Shown piece by piece: positions 38,365 to 55,375 of a DNA stretch of 64,000 bases (the first letter of the stretch is position 1; each line of letters starts with the position of its first letter). A model generated the notes under the pieces. That model had not been told where the DNA came from. It ran no database searches and worked only from the letters and a program-made list of their open reading frames with translations. Position numbers and translations under genes: made by a program. The stretch comes from Takakia lepidozioides (Eukaryota; Plantae; Bryophyta). The stretch spans positions 17,050,001 to 17,114,000 of the forward strand of contig CM060733.1 of NCBI GenBank assembly GCA_030704615.1, written 5' to 3'.

Positions 38365-41300
38365 ATGGGATCTCCGGCTCCCACCAAGCAGACCACGGCT
38401 ACCGCTGCCACAGGAGGGGATGCCCATCCTGCATCAAATACGGACTTGGTTAGACGCCGGGCTGATGCAGCGGCGGAGCCGGAGCCAGCTTCTCAAGTGA
38501 TTTCCGCCATAGATAGTGGGGTGCGTGGGAAGCCACCTTCGGGAAAAACTCCTACTGCACAACCAGGCAAGAAGCGGAAATCGCCTCGTGGCACAGCTTC
38601 AGGAAAGCGACCCCGTAGGTCTTCAGGTATACGTTGCTTTGCGCCCTTCATGTATTCATCAACTATTTATTGGAGCTCTTTGCTTGTTTGTATTACCCTG
38701 TACTCAGAAGTGGGGAATCTCAATATTCTGGGATGGTTTGCTGGTTTCCAGTTCCTACCTGAGCTCCTGATTTCGTTGGGTTTTATCTGTTTAGGCAACT
38801 TTGTGATGCTACGTCTGCACTATCCAAATCCCAATCTTCAGACTTGAGCATATACCTGAAAGTTTCAGTAGCACAGCCCTGTTGGTGATTGGTCGATTTC
38901 TTTGGAGGATCGAATGCTGGCTGCCGTACACTTCCTGCATTGCCTTAACTAACAGCCTCAGAACTGAAGAAGTTCTGGGGGCCCTCAGGTGTGCTTCAGT
39001 GTCTTTGGCACTTGGTTGTTAATACAAATGTGCCTAAAAAGCAGAGTTGCACTTTCCTGCTGTCAAGATTGAATTTGTGACTTCAAAGAAAGTGGTTGTC
39101 ATGTGTGCAGTTGCCAAGCCAAAGACATCGAGGAAGGTAACAGCCGAAGAGTTGGACCCAACCCGACTCACCATGCGTGAGCTCATAAGGAGAGCAGAGG
39201 CCTTAGAGAGGAAGGTATGTTGTAAGCTAAATAACTCTATATTTGGATGTGATCTTCATCACTCCGAGGATCCAATTTCAAGTAAAAGCAGGTCAGGGGT
39301 TGGGCACTGTTGGTTGCCTCTCCTCAACTGTAGGGCCAATGCACGCCTTTGGTGGTTGGATGTCTGTCAGTTTACCCCTGCCATTGATTGTGCAAGTTCA
39401 TGTGCAAATTGTAACTCCATAGATGGGGAAATGGACTACCTTTCAAGGTATTCAGTGGTCCTGGCAACAACAGCTCAACAAATAGGACTAAACGATTACA
39501 GTAATGAATCAGCAATTTGCTAATACTACTTCCTTTTCGAACCTAATACGCTCTTATTACTTGACTTGTCTCCCTTCAATCTTGCTCTTCATGATAGGCG
39601 GTTATGGCAGATCTGAGACCCTCTTTAGTTACGTGTTGTTACACTGAAATGCGGTGCCCCTTTCCATACTGTCAGAAATTTGAGTTTTGTCGATTTGCTT
39701 TCTGCTTGAACTGTCTTTTGGAAAGGAATCAAGGGGGCTTGAAATATGCTCTTTCACAGATGGTGCTTCTATTACGAGAAGTATAAACTTTAGCTTATTT
39801 TACAGGTTATGTCAGACTAGTTTTACAGTTGTCCTTCCCTGAAATTATTCTTTGAATTTGGGAAAGGGCAAGGAGGAGGTAGCCAAGAAGCTGACAAATG
39901 GGGCTGATAAGGGTGCTGTTGCCAAAGGTCAAGGCAGAAGTGTGCCTCTTCGACCACCTGCTGCGAATGTGTAAGTCAATCATTCACTATTCTGAAAATC
40001 AGGCTCTAATTATTTTCAACGGTAGGTTGATGTTGATATGACTTTCATTCTTCCTTCCATTTTTGTTGAAATAAAGCGCAGCAGGTAGTCCAATAGAAAC
40101 CTTAGCTGCTCCTGCCTGGAACAGCTAAGATGCACATGTCCTCTGACTGTCATTCTACAACCCTTTATCAAGTATGATGTAAAAACTTTACAATTGACCT
40201 TTTCTCCCCTTGAAATACAGTCATACGTTGTTGCTCAGGAGTTCATAAGGCTGTGTAATATGACTTACTGAGGGTGTACCATTCCTCATCTCAATAAAAG
40301 CAATGCATCTCAAAATTTCTCATTCACAAATGTGATTGTGGTGCAAGGCTGTCTTTTGGACGAGGATCTGGGCTGCGCTTTACGTGTTTTGTATCTTTTG
40401 GCAGGCCTCCAGCTGCATTGGCCCCTCAAGTGCAGATAGTGGATGGACGGATTGTAATCAATGCACAAAGCTTAGTTGTAGGTGCACAAGCTAGCACACA
40501 AGAGGACACTGACACTTATCATCGCGTAGAGGAGAACACTTCCAAGCTCAATTACAATACCTACGCCAATATAGTTCCAAAAGAAAGGTGGCGGGAGGAG
40601 GACACTGAACTTTTCTACAAGGTATGATAATCCTTTAGGCTGCCTACACCCTTGAAGATTTTGTTTTGCAAGAAGAGGTAGGGAAGAATTAGTGTAATCA
40701 TTCCCCACACTACTGAAAAGCTGTCAGTCTGTTGGTACTTTGATACTTACATTGAGTAGCTGTAGATGCAATGGCCCAGTAAAGTGGGCTTTACAGGCAT
40801 GCTGAGATAACTTTTCAGTTTGTGCTTCCTGTAGCCTTGAGAGCATAGAACAAACCCAGTTTGGACACCCTGAGGATGGTTAGTCATGGGGTGAAGATTG
40901 GTTGAATGGGAATTTACTACCAGACAATATTTGTCCATTCACAAAGCCTCTGTTCTGGATGTTTGAAATGATGGGAGTGTTGCAGGTCAATAGATCCCAC
41001 ATGCTGGCTGTTCAAAACTTTTCTGTTTTTCACCACCAGCCAAACCACTGTCCAAGCAATCTCCTTGCCACTATCTGTGAAGTTCTGCTTCATGATTCTT
41101 GAAGTTTGCTAGCTTGCTTTTAGACACTCTGCCAGATGACTCTGGATACATTTTGTTGATGTGGAGGGCAGGCATTGCAGCGATTTGGAACCGATTTTGC
41201 ATTGATACAGCAGTTGTTTCCTGGAAGAACACGGCAACAGGTCAAGTCCAAGTTCAAGAAGGAGGAGAAACTCCATCCTGTGCGCCTGGCACATACACTG

Positions 41301-42494
41301 GCTCACAAAGCAGAAGGTTGCCTCCTCTTGGTGATACAGTTCACTTTATTGTTGTGGTAAAGATATTATTCTCGAGACTCCACAATGTTCGGCCACCATG
41401 GATGTTCAAGAGATGATCATAACTATTCCATTCCACGTATGGAACTCAGAAAGGAATTGGTGGATCTTTGGTGCTCCAAAAGTGATAACGAAGACCTTGC
41501 AAATACATCAAATGAATCCAATATTAATGAAGGAGAGGGAGGAACGGGGTGAGTTGAGGGTTTGTGGGATTTAGACGAAATGAGGATACTGGCATTTGAC
41601 GCGGGGGAGGTGCCTTGCAGATCAATCACACCACTACAAGACTATCATTGATATTTTGAAGCCTGAGGGTGGTGAGAAGGATGACGATGTTTTTGAACCA
41701 GGTGTGCAACCCTCAGAGTTCCCTGGGGAAGGGTCTGCACAAAAGGTATGCTATCATTAAACTTCCAGAGTTTCTCTGTTTTGTGAACTTACCTGTCTGG
41801 AGAAGGGATTTCACGCAAGAAATTGCACAGAAGGGAACTATAGTTGTGGAACATTCTGAATTCTCCAGATTGCTTTTGGCATCCAGTCAGCATGTTAGGA
41901 CAGAATTGGCATACTGTAACTTCTGACTTTCAGGTGGGCCTGTTTGGCAATGCTGTTTTCTTACGTATGGTGTCATTTATGGATCAAGGAGACAAAACCT
42001 GCAAGCAGAGATGTGACTATCAGCCAACATGAATAATATGGATTAAGGCCTGGTTCCTATGGGAATCATATTTGCCTAGATTTGTGAGCTAGGTGTAATG
42101 TGCTTCTAAATGCTTTGTGTAGGACGACCAAGTTCATGAAGAGGTGACAACTTCAACGGCTGCAGAGGCTTCCAATATGCCAACTATCCAAACCACTAAG
42201 TCAGTCAATGTCAGTGACATGGATGAGGCCAGCAAGGAGGTGGAGAAGATTCAAGAAGAGCCTGCTGAAGCTGCACCTCCTATGCAATCTGGATCCCAAC
42301 CTAGCATTGCAGGTAGTATTCAACCTCAGGTCTCTGCAGCAATCACACAATCTCCAAAGGAGAAGGCCAATCTTCCCGAAGTAGAGAGTGAGCCTGCACC
42401 TAAACCTGCTCGAAAGCCACTATTTGCCTACCGGAGTACAGCACAGCCACCTTCTGCAAACCCTCTGTCAAGTTATAAGTCAAGACTTTCTTAG
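38365..42494 (+). CDS. BDP1: TFIIIB B'' (Bdp1)-like SANT/Myb-domain protein
   Basis: Exons include LTMRELI (~39111-39214), APQVQIVDGRIVINAQSLVV...NYNTY...RWREEDTELFYK (~40405-40621) and ALQRFGTDFALIQQLFPGRTRQQVKSKFKKEEK (~41172-41316). The start and the low-complexity 3' exons are less certain. Confidence 0.85.
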
Positions 42495-43451
42495 TCCCCC
42501 TTTGATGCCTACCAAGGCCCGCTGGTAATCAAGCTGCCTTGTGTTCAATTTCATTCATTGGGCCCTTTTTACCCCATCTGTGGGGGCTATCTTATCACCA
42601 TCTCTGAAAGAGTTGTGTGCTTGAAACTCATTGTGGATATATATATATCCTTGTATCCTTATATATCCTTGTGAGTGCTGCCTTAGAAGGTTTGATCAAG
42701 GATTTGTTCAATGTAACAGAATTGTGAAGACAAAAGTCAAGTTGCCATCACCATCCGGTCCTTGCCAGTCCACAACCCCCACCAATCAAATAAGCTGGTT
42801 CTGACTGAAACACGGGAGTGTGCAGCATATTAAACTATGTTCAGCCACTGACATATTCATCAACAAATTTTCATTAGGAAGGCGCTTTCCCCCTTTACTC
42901 AAGCCCTGCTCAGACTGACACGGGCAGGACGGCAGGGGGTGAAAAGCTAATGTTGTGTTTCTCTATCACCAGTATCATCCTGCAGCAATTTCCAGAGTTG
43001 TTTGGCATTAAAAACACTTCACATGGTTTGTGTCTGCTGCTATTCTGGTCCTCAAAAGTGGCCAGTAAGTCGCATGCACTTGGCTTGCAAAGTGCGACGA
43101 GAGAGATCGCACAGAGGACCTGGGGATGCTCCATATTTCAAAGATCAAAGTCAATAGAAGAGACATCCAGACCTGTGACCTTAGAAGAAGCATTTGGGGC
43201 ACATTTCGACTGAGATATGACTATGACCATCGCACAAGACCAAGGTTTGCCGGTGGGTTGATTACAATTCCCACAAGAAAAAATGGTTAAAATGTGGGTT
43301 AATACAAGAACTCCACTTCCTCTCCAGAGACAACCTAACACTATTAACTTTTCAATGGTAACTTCACCATAGAGCAGTTTCTATTCCTACTTTAACTTCT
43401 TGTCTTCTTCTCATCTACCATACTGTCTCTCCTATGGTGCATTGATGAAGC

Positions 43452-46972
<3,521 letters not shown>

Positions 46973-47184
46973 GGCTGCGCTCTCCGAGAAAAAACCAAGC
47001 CTCCGGCCTTCTTCTTGATATCTCAAAACCCGCTCACCTCCAGCAACGAATAAACCGCACCAAAAAAATCACAGCACAGATGCGCAAGGAAGAGAAGATG
47101 TCGCGGACCAATTCCACCGGTCAGACCGCGCGCAGATCAAATGCAGCACACACACACACAAAGACAAGAGCCTTGCATTGCCAG

Positions 47185-47280
47185 GGCCACGTCTCCAGAC
47201 TCTATATCCCTCTTCTCTCTCGCCTGAACCGAGTGCTGCTGCCACGCCAATATAGCCACGTGTTGGCCATCTATTAGCCC
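47185..47280 (-). promoter_or_regulatory. BiP promoter: ERSE-like element and G-box
   Basis: Minus strand CTAAT-N9-ACACG (47277-47259), one mismatch to the plant CCAAT-N10-CACG consensus, overlapping CACGTG. CCACGTC at ~47187. Located 210-300 bp upstream of the ATG. Confidence 0.45.
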
Positions 47281-47514
47281 TGACCACCCCCGCTCGAAAT
47301 AAACGATTCTCATTGGCCGAGACACAAGAGCAAGACGCACAAGTGACGCAAATTTTATCATCCCCAATTTTACATACACAAAACGAAACCAAGAATCCAC
47401 ATGACACCTCATTTTGCACAGGTGGCCATTCTATTGGCTGTATCGAGGTCCCAGCACAATATTCGATTTCTCATTGGTCCGAACTGCGTATGTGACGCGA
47501 TGGTTTCCAGTTGG

Positions 47515-49335
47515 CGAAACCGGCAGGGCGGAGCCGCCGGCCGGCCGTCCGCTTCTCCACCACTCTCAAGAGTGCTTCCACCAATCTCAAAGCGTCGTTC
47601 CAGTTGTCCAGTTTCCACCGAGCCTGGTCGCGCTCAAATTTCAGCTCCAGAATTGCTGACTCCTTTTCTATAAGCACTGTCGTGAATGGTACAATCTGGG
47701 TCTTCTCTCCCTAATTCGAAACAAAAACGTTTCAGCTCCTTCACCTGATCCATTTGCACACCACACTGATGTGATGAACACTCCATAGCAGTGCTAAATC
47801 CTACTTACTGGCCAGATTCTGACTCTGGTAATGGTTCACCTCTACCTCTTTGCCGTGCAGTCTAGCAGATCAACATTGTTCGAAACATGCACACATCTGG
47901 ATGGAGGTCCTGGTAGGGCCAGCACCCCAAAAATCAAGTATCACCTGACTTCAAAAGATAGTGGTGACAGTAATGCTGGATCACCTGCTTTTCCAGTTTC
48001 TTGATGGTAGCCAGGTTGTCAACCATGGCGGTGTGGCGAAGTGTGGTATTATCAGTCTCAACCTGTTGTAGGGCTTTAAGCAGTTCTTAATCTTCACACA
48101 GTCAGTACTTGGGCCGTGATCCTTGCGACGCTCTGTTGCCTTCCGCTTCTACTCCGCCGAGCACCTGCTCTGCAAGGCATCATCCTTCAAACGCTGGATC
48201 CTTGCCTCACAATGGAGTCGGCTCTCTTCACTCGCTTTCAGCTCCTGCCTGTACTGCCGCAACTTCTTGTGCAGGGCATGCACCTTCTTCATCGGCGTCT
48301 CGTGTGTCTCCGCTTTCTTCATCAGCGTCGCATGTCTCCCCTCCTTCTTCATCACATCCAAGTCCTTACCTACATCAAGTGAATGTTTTGTACTTTAGAG
48401 CATTTTGCACATGACTGTTTGAAAAGGATGGGATATCCCCTTGTACTGGCCAGCAAGGTTGCCAGGCAAGAACTTGTTGGTGGCGCCCTCCCATGACATC
48501 CTGCCAGAGTCCAATCAATGATTACCCACAGATTAAGCCCTACAATGGATCAAAAGACAGACACGATGGGCAGCAAAGATTTATTGGAAGCGATTGGCAC
48601 TTCCCTTAGTAGATTGCCATGAATTCAGCCAGGGCCATAATCTTCCATCCTTTCTAGCACTGGAGAACTCAAGATGCCGGACAAAAAGAGGATTTAAGAA
48701 TCTTACCGGACAGCTACAATGTCCTGTCCGTGGTGTGTTTGCAGGCCTTGCAGCTGCTCATCAAACAGCCTAGCCAATGATCCTGCCAGTCCATGCCCTG
48801 CCTCTGCTTTCTGCCTCCCCAAGTCCTACCCCACCCCACCGTGACATGCCCTCATTTGATGAAACCACAGGAAACCAAACACCGCCAGTTCGCTGCAGGG
48901 GAAAGAAGGAGAGGGAAGGGCAAAATGCCTGGAGGGCACGGTGCATGTCTTGGAGGCTGCGATTGGCATGAGCAAACAGCACAGCATGTAGCGCTTCCAG
49001 CTGCGCCTGGTCATGTGCCTGCTGCTCCAGGGCAGCCTGGTAGGCCGCCGAGATTGCACTTTGCAGCGTCACTATCACTTCCTCCTTCTCTCTCACCACC
49101 ATCTGTAGCCTCCGTATGGTCGACTGCGCCACTGTGGCAACCTGCTTCACCCACCAGTAGTTAAGGAGCATTAGACCTCGCAAACAGGCGAGCGCGCTTG
49201 CCTTCCCCACAAGTACACTGAAGAAGAGTCATATTCCTTCTTGGTTTCCTCTATGACTCTGGATGACTGCAAAATCCTTGCTCAGCTGTTCAACAAGTCC
49301 AAACCGTGCTGTCTTTCCACAAAGAGTCTGATAGG
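47515..49335 (-). pseudogene. CEP290: Partial coiled-coil gene, CEP290-like, with in-frame stops
   Basis: Exon ~49143-48930 VAQSTIRRLQMVVREKEEVIVTLQ...A...LEALHAVLFAHANRSL aligns from memory with CEP290 IAHQTIANMQARLNQKEEVLKKYQ...LHILHHRLELQADSSL. Further coiled-coil exon-like pieces lie at ~48810-48705, 48370-48063 and 47710-47520. No start or end was found. Confidence 0.5.
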
Positions 49336-51122
49336 TTTAGTGGCGTGTACAACAAGAGGTTCATGTCTGCACCTGCAACATTGTGGAGTGGTGGAAGACA
49401 TGCCTGCTGTACCTCCTCGTCTGCACCTTTCACGTTCTTTATGCTTGCAGGGGACTCTCCTACACCCTCATGCTGCTCTTAAAAACTTTTTATGAATGAA
49501 TTGCTTAGCCTGCTAACATCTAGTGGGTGACTCCCTATAGGAATTGAAGAAGGGGATGACGGTTGTTGAGTAATAAGTAGGAAGATAAGGAGGGCTGGAG
49601 TGGTGTGAGTTGTGATGCAGGCCATTGCAAAGCTTGGCGTGTGTGCACAGCCCCAGCACTTCAACACATCTCCGCATGCGGCCTATCTTGCTCGTGCCCC
49701 CTCTTTTCTTGCCTAAGTTAGATGCAGCCCACAGAGCACTTGCTAATTCCAATATCACTTCTGAAGTGGGAGTGACTTGTTGCTTAAAACACTCCTACCT
49801 CACTTCATCTGTTGCTGCCCATCGTCGCATAGGAATCCGTAGCCAAGAAAGAGCTTTCAGAACGAGAACGAGTTTTGAGTGAGAGTAGGAGTACAAGCAC
49901 AGGCCCAACCCAATCAAATTGAGATTATAAAGTATAAGTTCATAGTGCCTCACCCTCTTTACACGACTGTGTCCTACTAATATGTAGTGCAAGCACCAGA
50001 AGAACTGCACATGACTAGCACCAATTTGTAGCTGTGCAGTGTGGTGGCACTTAGAGGGAGATAGATCCCATCCCCACAACATACGAACCAAAGTCAAGCT
50101 CATCGTTCTCCCCTCTCACTTACAGGGCTTAAATCCTGGGAAATAGTCGCATGGAACTCTGCCCAGAACAGGTCAAATGAAAGGGAGAGACTATTGGGGA
50201 CCGATTCATTGTTGGTGACTAGCCCTGAATGTGGTGGGGTTTTGGCACTCAGCTGTAGCAGACTCTGGGATGCACTGACCTATCCGAGTAATTCCCTGTG
50301 GACCGCACTATCACCCGCAAAAAAATCCCGTAAAAGTGGGGTCTTGAGCCTACCCCATTATAGTGGCAGATGCCATAGGCTGACCTTCCCCTTGGAAAGT
50401 GGGCACCATAAAGTGTCAAACTGAGCTAAACTCACACCGGATATTTAATTCCTATTTTGGACATAATGTGAAAATTGTTCTTAAGCTTATAGCCAGGTGA
50501 GAAAGAAGAAAACGAAAAGGACAAATCGTCAAGACCAACTGCATTGTATCCTTTCCATATAATCAAGAAACCCCCCAAAACAGCAGCATTGTCCCCTCAA
50601 GGACATTTGGAGAGCTGTTCACACTTCCCTCTGTCATGCATTTTGGGTGTATGCTTGGGCTGTACTGATACTTCAGTGTAAGATGAGTACCCTTTTGTGT
50701 CTTAGCTCTGGCAGCTATTGTGTACTCATCAGTGGATAAAAGATTTTGCCTATTCCACACAGCAACATCATGAAAACCCCCTTCCATCATGCATGCTGGG
50801 TGCATGCTCCAGCTCACCATGTACATGTGCATCAGTACAGGCTTGAGGCTGTGTTTCAAGGCTTTGCCAGACAAAATGCCCTGCGTTCCCATTTATTGGT
50901 GCAGGTCCATGCCAACATCAGTTGTCTCAGTGCTCTGACTTGCACCAGGCTCAGCCCTTGCATCTCTTGACTCAAAACCCTGCGAAATTTGAGCAGTATC
51001 TGACAACCCTCGAACATCTCGCAACCTCTTCGCATCCCCCTTCTATCATGCATTCTCGGTAGATGCCCAAATTGAGCAATTCGAAGTGCTGCACTGTCAG
51101 GATGAGACGCCTGTTCTGAGCT

Positions 51123-53096
51123 CTACCTGTGTCCATCATCCGCATCCTGAGCTGTCTCAGTGTTCTGGCTACCATCATGCTCCACTCTTGCATCTGTCGA
51201 TTTAGGTCCATCTAAATTTTCCACGGTATCAGTCCACCCTTGAACTTCACTGGAACCACTTTGCATCCCCCTGCTGTCATGACTTCTTGTTAGATGCCCC
51301 ATTTGAGCAGTTCGAAGAGCTTCAATGTCAGGGTGAGGCTCCTGTTGTGTCTCTGAGCTCTGCTCACATCCACCATCCTCAACCCTGTGCTGTGTCAACT
51401 CAGATCCCAGTGGGATCACACCAAAATGATTACGAGAAAAATATATCCGATTAATTCGCATCTGTCTCCCCCTGATATCAGGCATTCTTGGCTGCAGTCC
51501 TGAGCCAGAAATCCTGCATGTTGCAGCATGAGGCTGCGGCCCCACCTGGCTGCCAGAAGCTTCAGCACTCTGACCTGCTGATCCTGATACCTGTCGGCCC
51601 TCAGGAACTTCTAGACTTTGGCTGAGTATGTTTGTTGGGCGAACCATGACGCCATCCAAAGACAGTCCACTCTTTCTATAGGTATTAACATTCATCATAG
51701 AAAACTCCAAACCCACCTTTGCCCCACTCCCAACACAGAACTCCCCCACATCATATTCCATCCAGTTATCGCCCACTAACCGAACAGACCCTAGGGTTGA
51801 GTGGTGGTTTTGCATTGGGGCAGCAAAACTGTTCCCACCCCTCCTTCTAGGACCTCCCTGGATTGGTGACTCCCGCTGCTCCCCAACAGAAGAAACACAT
51901 GTAGTGTGCTGGCCTCCGGTTGTCGTGAGAACAAATTCGAGAGGGACACCAACCCATCCATGTTGACTGTCCACCTGAATCCGCCATGATACAGTGTAAG
52001 CTCCAGGTGGAAGCAAACACTCCATCTTGCCAGTGACTTCCAACCACCACACAAAATTTAGGTGTGCTACCTCGTCGAACCTGCACAAGGTACCAATCTG
52101 GCTAAATTTACTCTGAGGAGGAACGATAGCCTCAACTTGTGTTAACTATATAGCCATGATTCATCCGAGTCCCAGTACTTTCCCTTCCTTGCAGTAAAAA
52201 GAAGCTCTCATTCTTGAAATACTTCAAATCTTCATGCCAGCTTGCTCCACCTCTATTTGTTATGATCTGTTGTGATAAAGCGCGTTGTATCTCTTTGAAC
52301 AATGATCGCCAGATTCTGTACTGTGGAAGGTGATTGACAATTTGCTCTACATGTCTCTCCAACTCTAACAGACCTAAGGAACAATGACAGTTCGAAACAC
52401 TATTCAACTTTCAAGAACTTAGTGACTTCAGAGTGGAACACCTACATGGAACCTTGTTGAGGCATCCATTTCCAGTACTTTGGAGTTTCACCCCAAATTA
52501 CGCGCAAGCCCCTGGACGATACACCTTGGGATACTCCCCCTGTAGTCCGATCCAACCACAGGACCTGTTCATTTGCACCCCCCCCCCCCACCCACATCAA
52601 CAAACAAACAACCTGAAAGCAAAAACGATCTCCGACATTTTATAAAGACAAAGAGAGAAAGACAGAGAGAGCTTCATCAATACCACGGTATCATGCAATT
52701 TAGATCTCAATGATGTCAGACTACGGGAGAGAGGCATTTAGCGCAAACCTGAGTACCATCTCGGAGAAGAACGCGGTCACAAAGACGTTTGAAAATATCC
52801 TTTTTGCAAGCAAATTCTGGAGAAACATTTCCCGCAAGCGCCATGATTTCACGGTACAATTCCGGCAACTGCTGTTCCCATACGACGTCCGACTCTGATG
52901 CTGTGTAAAACGCATGACAAACACAGCCACATCTGATAACATCTTTAGGACTAAGACATTCTAGGATGTGAACTATACAAGCCTCAGGTAAGTCTGCCAA
53001 ATTGACTCCATTCCTGGAATAAATCTTCTCACTGCGACCATTCTGTTCTGTCTCTTGAGCCTCGATCAAATTCTCAAGTGGTTGCTCCCCCTCCAT
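51123..53096 (-). CDS. F-box / Phloem protein 2 (PP2, Nictaba-like lectin) protein with C-terminal extension, 3 exons
   Basis: F-box LADLPEACIVHIL..LSPKDV...ASESDVVWE (53096-52752). WLDRTTGG..VSSRGLRVIWGETPKYWKW (~52563-52447). FDEVAHL..VWWLEV.G, WMEYDVGEF and KSGLSLDGVMVRP (~52081-51123). Intron phases are compatible. Confidence 0.9.
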
Positions 53097-54934
53097 TGAT
53101 GTTGTACAAATATCGTCCCACAAATCGCCGCACTACCCTTCCAAGCTAGAATTCTGGTCCACACGGGTCTGTCCGGCTCTAATCCAAGTGAATCTGTAGT
53201 CTGCAGCATGCCGAATGCACCTTTCATGGCCAGCAATCCCACGCCTTCCCCCTTCCTTCTGTCTCTCTCGTGTCTTGCCGCCTGCGTGCCGGCTCTTCCC
53301 AAATATCCCCCGTGCTTGCCTGCCACGTAAGGACCTGCTGACTTGTACCTCCCCATATACATCTTCATACAGCCACATGTCAACTCGGTGCTTGGCCAAA
53401 TAGGTATTGGCTAGAATACACAGTCGGCAAGGCAAAAAGAGGACAAGGATGGTTCAAGTGGACACATTCAAACATGAGAGATGGTAGGCATTAAGAAAAT
53501 GTGCATGAATGAAATGTCATTGCAATGTCTTTATTCAACCAGAAAAGTATGAGAGAGATGTGGGCCTCTCATTTTACAATATTAGCGTTGTTATGGCGCA
53601 CACGCGAGCTGAGCGGTGGGCCCCACAAACGGACGCCCGGCTCCCTCCACCCGCCCGCCGCTCCGCGCGGTTGCCCAGCCGCGCCCGCTCACCCCGCGGC
53701 TGCGGCCCAGCTGCCGCGCCCGTGGCAGCTCCCCCCCCGAGTCCCCCAATCCGCCGCGGCCGGTCCGCTGAGCCAGTCCCCTCATGTCCACTCTGCCAGT
53801 CTGCCCGCCAGTCCGCTGCCCATGAGTCCGCTTCCCTCCAGTCTACCAGTACGCTGGTGGGCGTTCCCTCAGCCAATCCCCTGCCATCCAGTCCGACGAC
53901 GACGCCCGATCTGGGCCGTCCATTTCAAAACCCATCTGAGCCCTCCCTTTTTAGGACCTAAACCCTGCGACCAAATCCGGCCTGTCTCTACTGAGGGCTC
54001 GTTGTTGTCTGATGTTACAGTAGGCATTTCCACGCACGCCTGTCTTCTTCTTGTACACGAGCGACGTTCATGATGATGAGGGGTGTGCCTGAACATGGCA
54101 GGACTGGCGGGGCAGGCTCTACAGCCACCATCATGCATATGCTTCCACTTTTTTTGCATGTTTGTTGTGCTTTAGGGAATCTTGGGCTTTCTGGTATGGT
54201 TGTATGTCAGAAATATGCTACTGCCTTATTTGTCCTCCATATCGTCATCTGCTTCTAATCCCTCATGATACGCTTAACGCCCTCGTTTTGCATCCGTTCT
54301 GAGAGGCTTCAACCCTTCGTACTGCAACCGAACCCATGAGGGCGGAAATCACGGAAGCATATGCACATGGGGGCGTGTATACATTGCAGATTTCGTATCG
54401 GACGGTGGGACTGTTTAGAGGACCAAGTAAACAGGTTTGCAAGGAACGTGCAGAAGTTGTCAATAATGGGGAACCCCAAGAAATAATGCTTTGTGAAGGA
54501 TCCACATCATATGATAGAGGGGTTGGCAGCAGATTCCAACATTCCTGCTCATCGTGTCAATGGACGTGATCCAGTCTTAAGGTCCTCAATCATCCACAAG
54601 GTCTTGTTGAATGCACAGGTCTCAGCCATGACCTTCTCCTTGCTGAAGCGGGAGCATAATCTGTACATTGCCCAATTTTGAAGGATGAGAGGTGGCTGAG
54701 ACATGTGCAGACTGCCAGATCGCGTGGATGTTTGTGGCGCTTCGGAGTGGATCTTGTCCATTGACACTTGAGGACAATGAGGACAATTCAGATATCAGTC
54801 TGATGTTCTGCCACTTCATCATTCCAGTGTGTCGCGAGTCTGCGTGCATTGGGTCTGCTGGCCCGTCAGTGCCTGGGATATCCCTCTTCGGGCCTAAATA
54901 TCATGTTGTCAATTTGTTGAACCATAGGTGTGCT

Positions 54935-55375
54935 GGAAGTCCGTCTGTTGGGATATCAGTCTGTTACACTTCGGATATCTGTCAGTTCTGCCGAGAGTCT
55001 GTTTAGGGTTGGGTTTGTTCGACTTTCCAATTTTCCCCTTGGTCTCTTTTCCCATCAGACTCTCGTCAGTCTGTTGAACCCTCCTCTGCTACATACTCTT
55101 GTATGGATATCAGTCTGTTGTGCCGCCAGTCTCTTGGAAGTGGGACTGTTCGACTTTCCTGTTTACTGTAAGTCTCGTCTATCGTCAGTCTATTGAACCG
55201 TCGGTCGGGTGGAAGTCCGTCTCTTAGGATATAAGTCCGTTACCACTGAGTTCTTCCACGAGTCCGTTCGCAGTGGGTCTTCGGCAGTCCTGTTATCTTC
55301 TTTCCGCTGGACCGCAGTTTCATTCGCATTGCTTTTCCAGTGAGTCTGTTGAGCCGTTGGTCTGGTGGTCACTGG
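54935..55375. repeat. Degenerate minisatellite-like tract (cagtctgtt / gaagtccgtct motifs)
   Basis: Recurrent gatatcagtctg, gtctgttg, gaagtccgtct and gttcgactttcc units abutting the hAT transposase 3' end. Confidence 0.5.

Noticed and set aside
52525-52545. Suspected frameshift in F-box/PP2 exon 2
   Set aside because: On recount the run has five G on the minus strand, so the frame is intact (TTGGVSQGVSSRGL).
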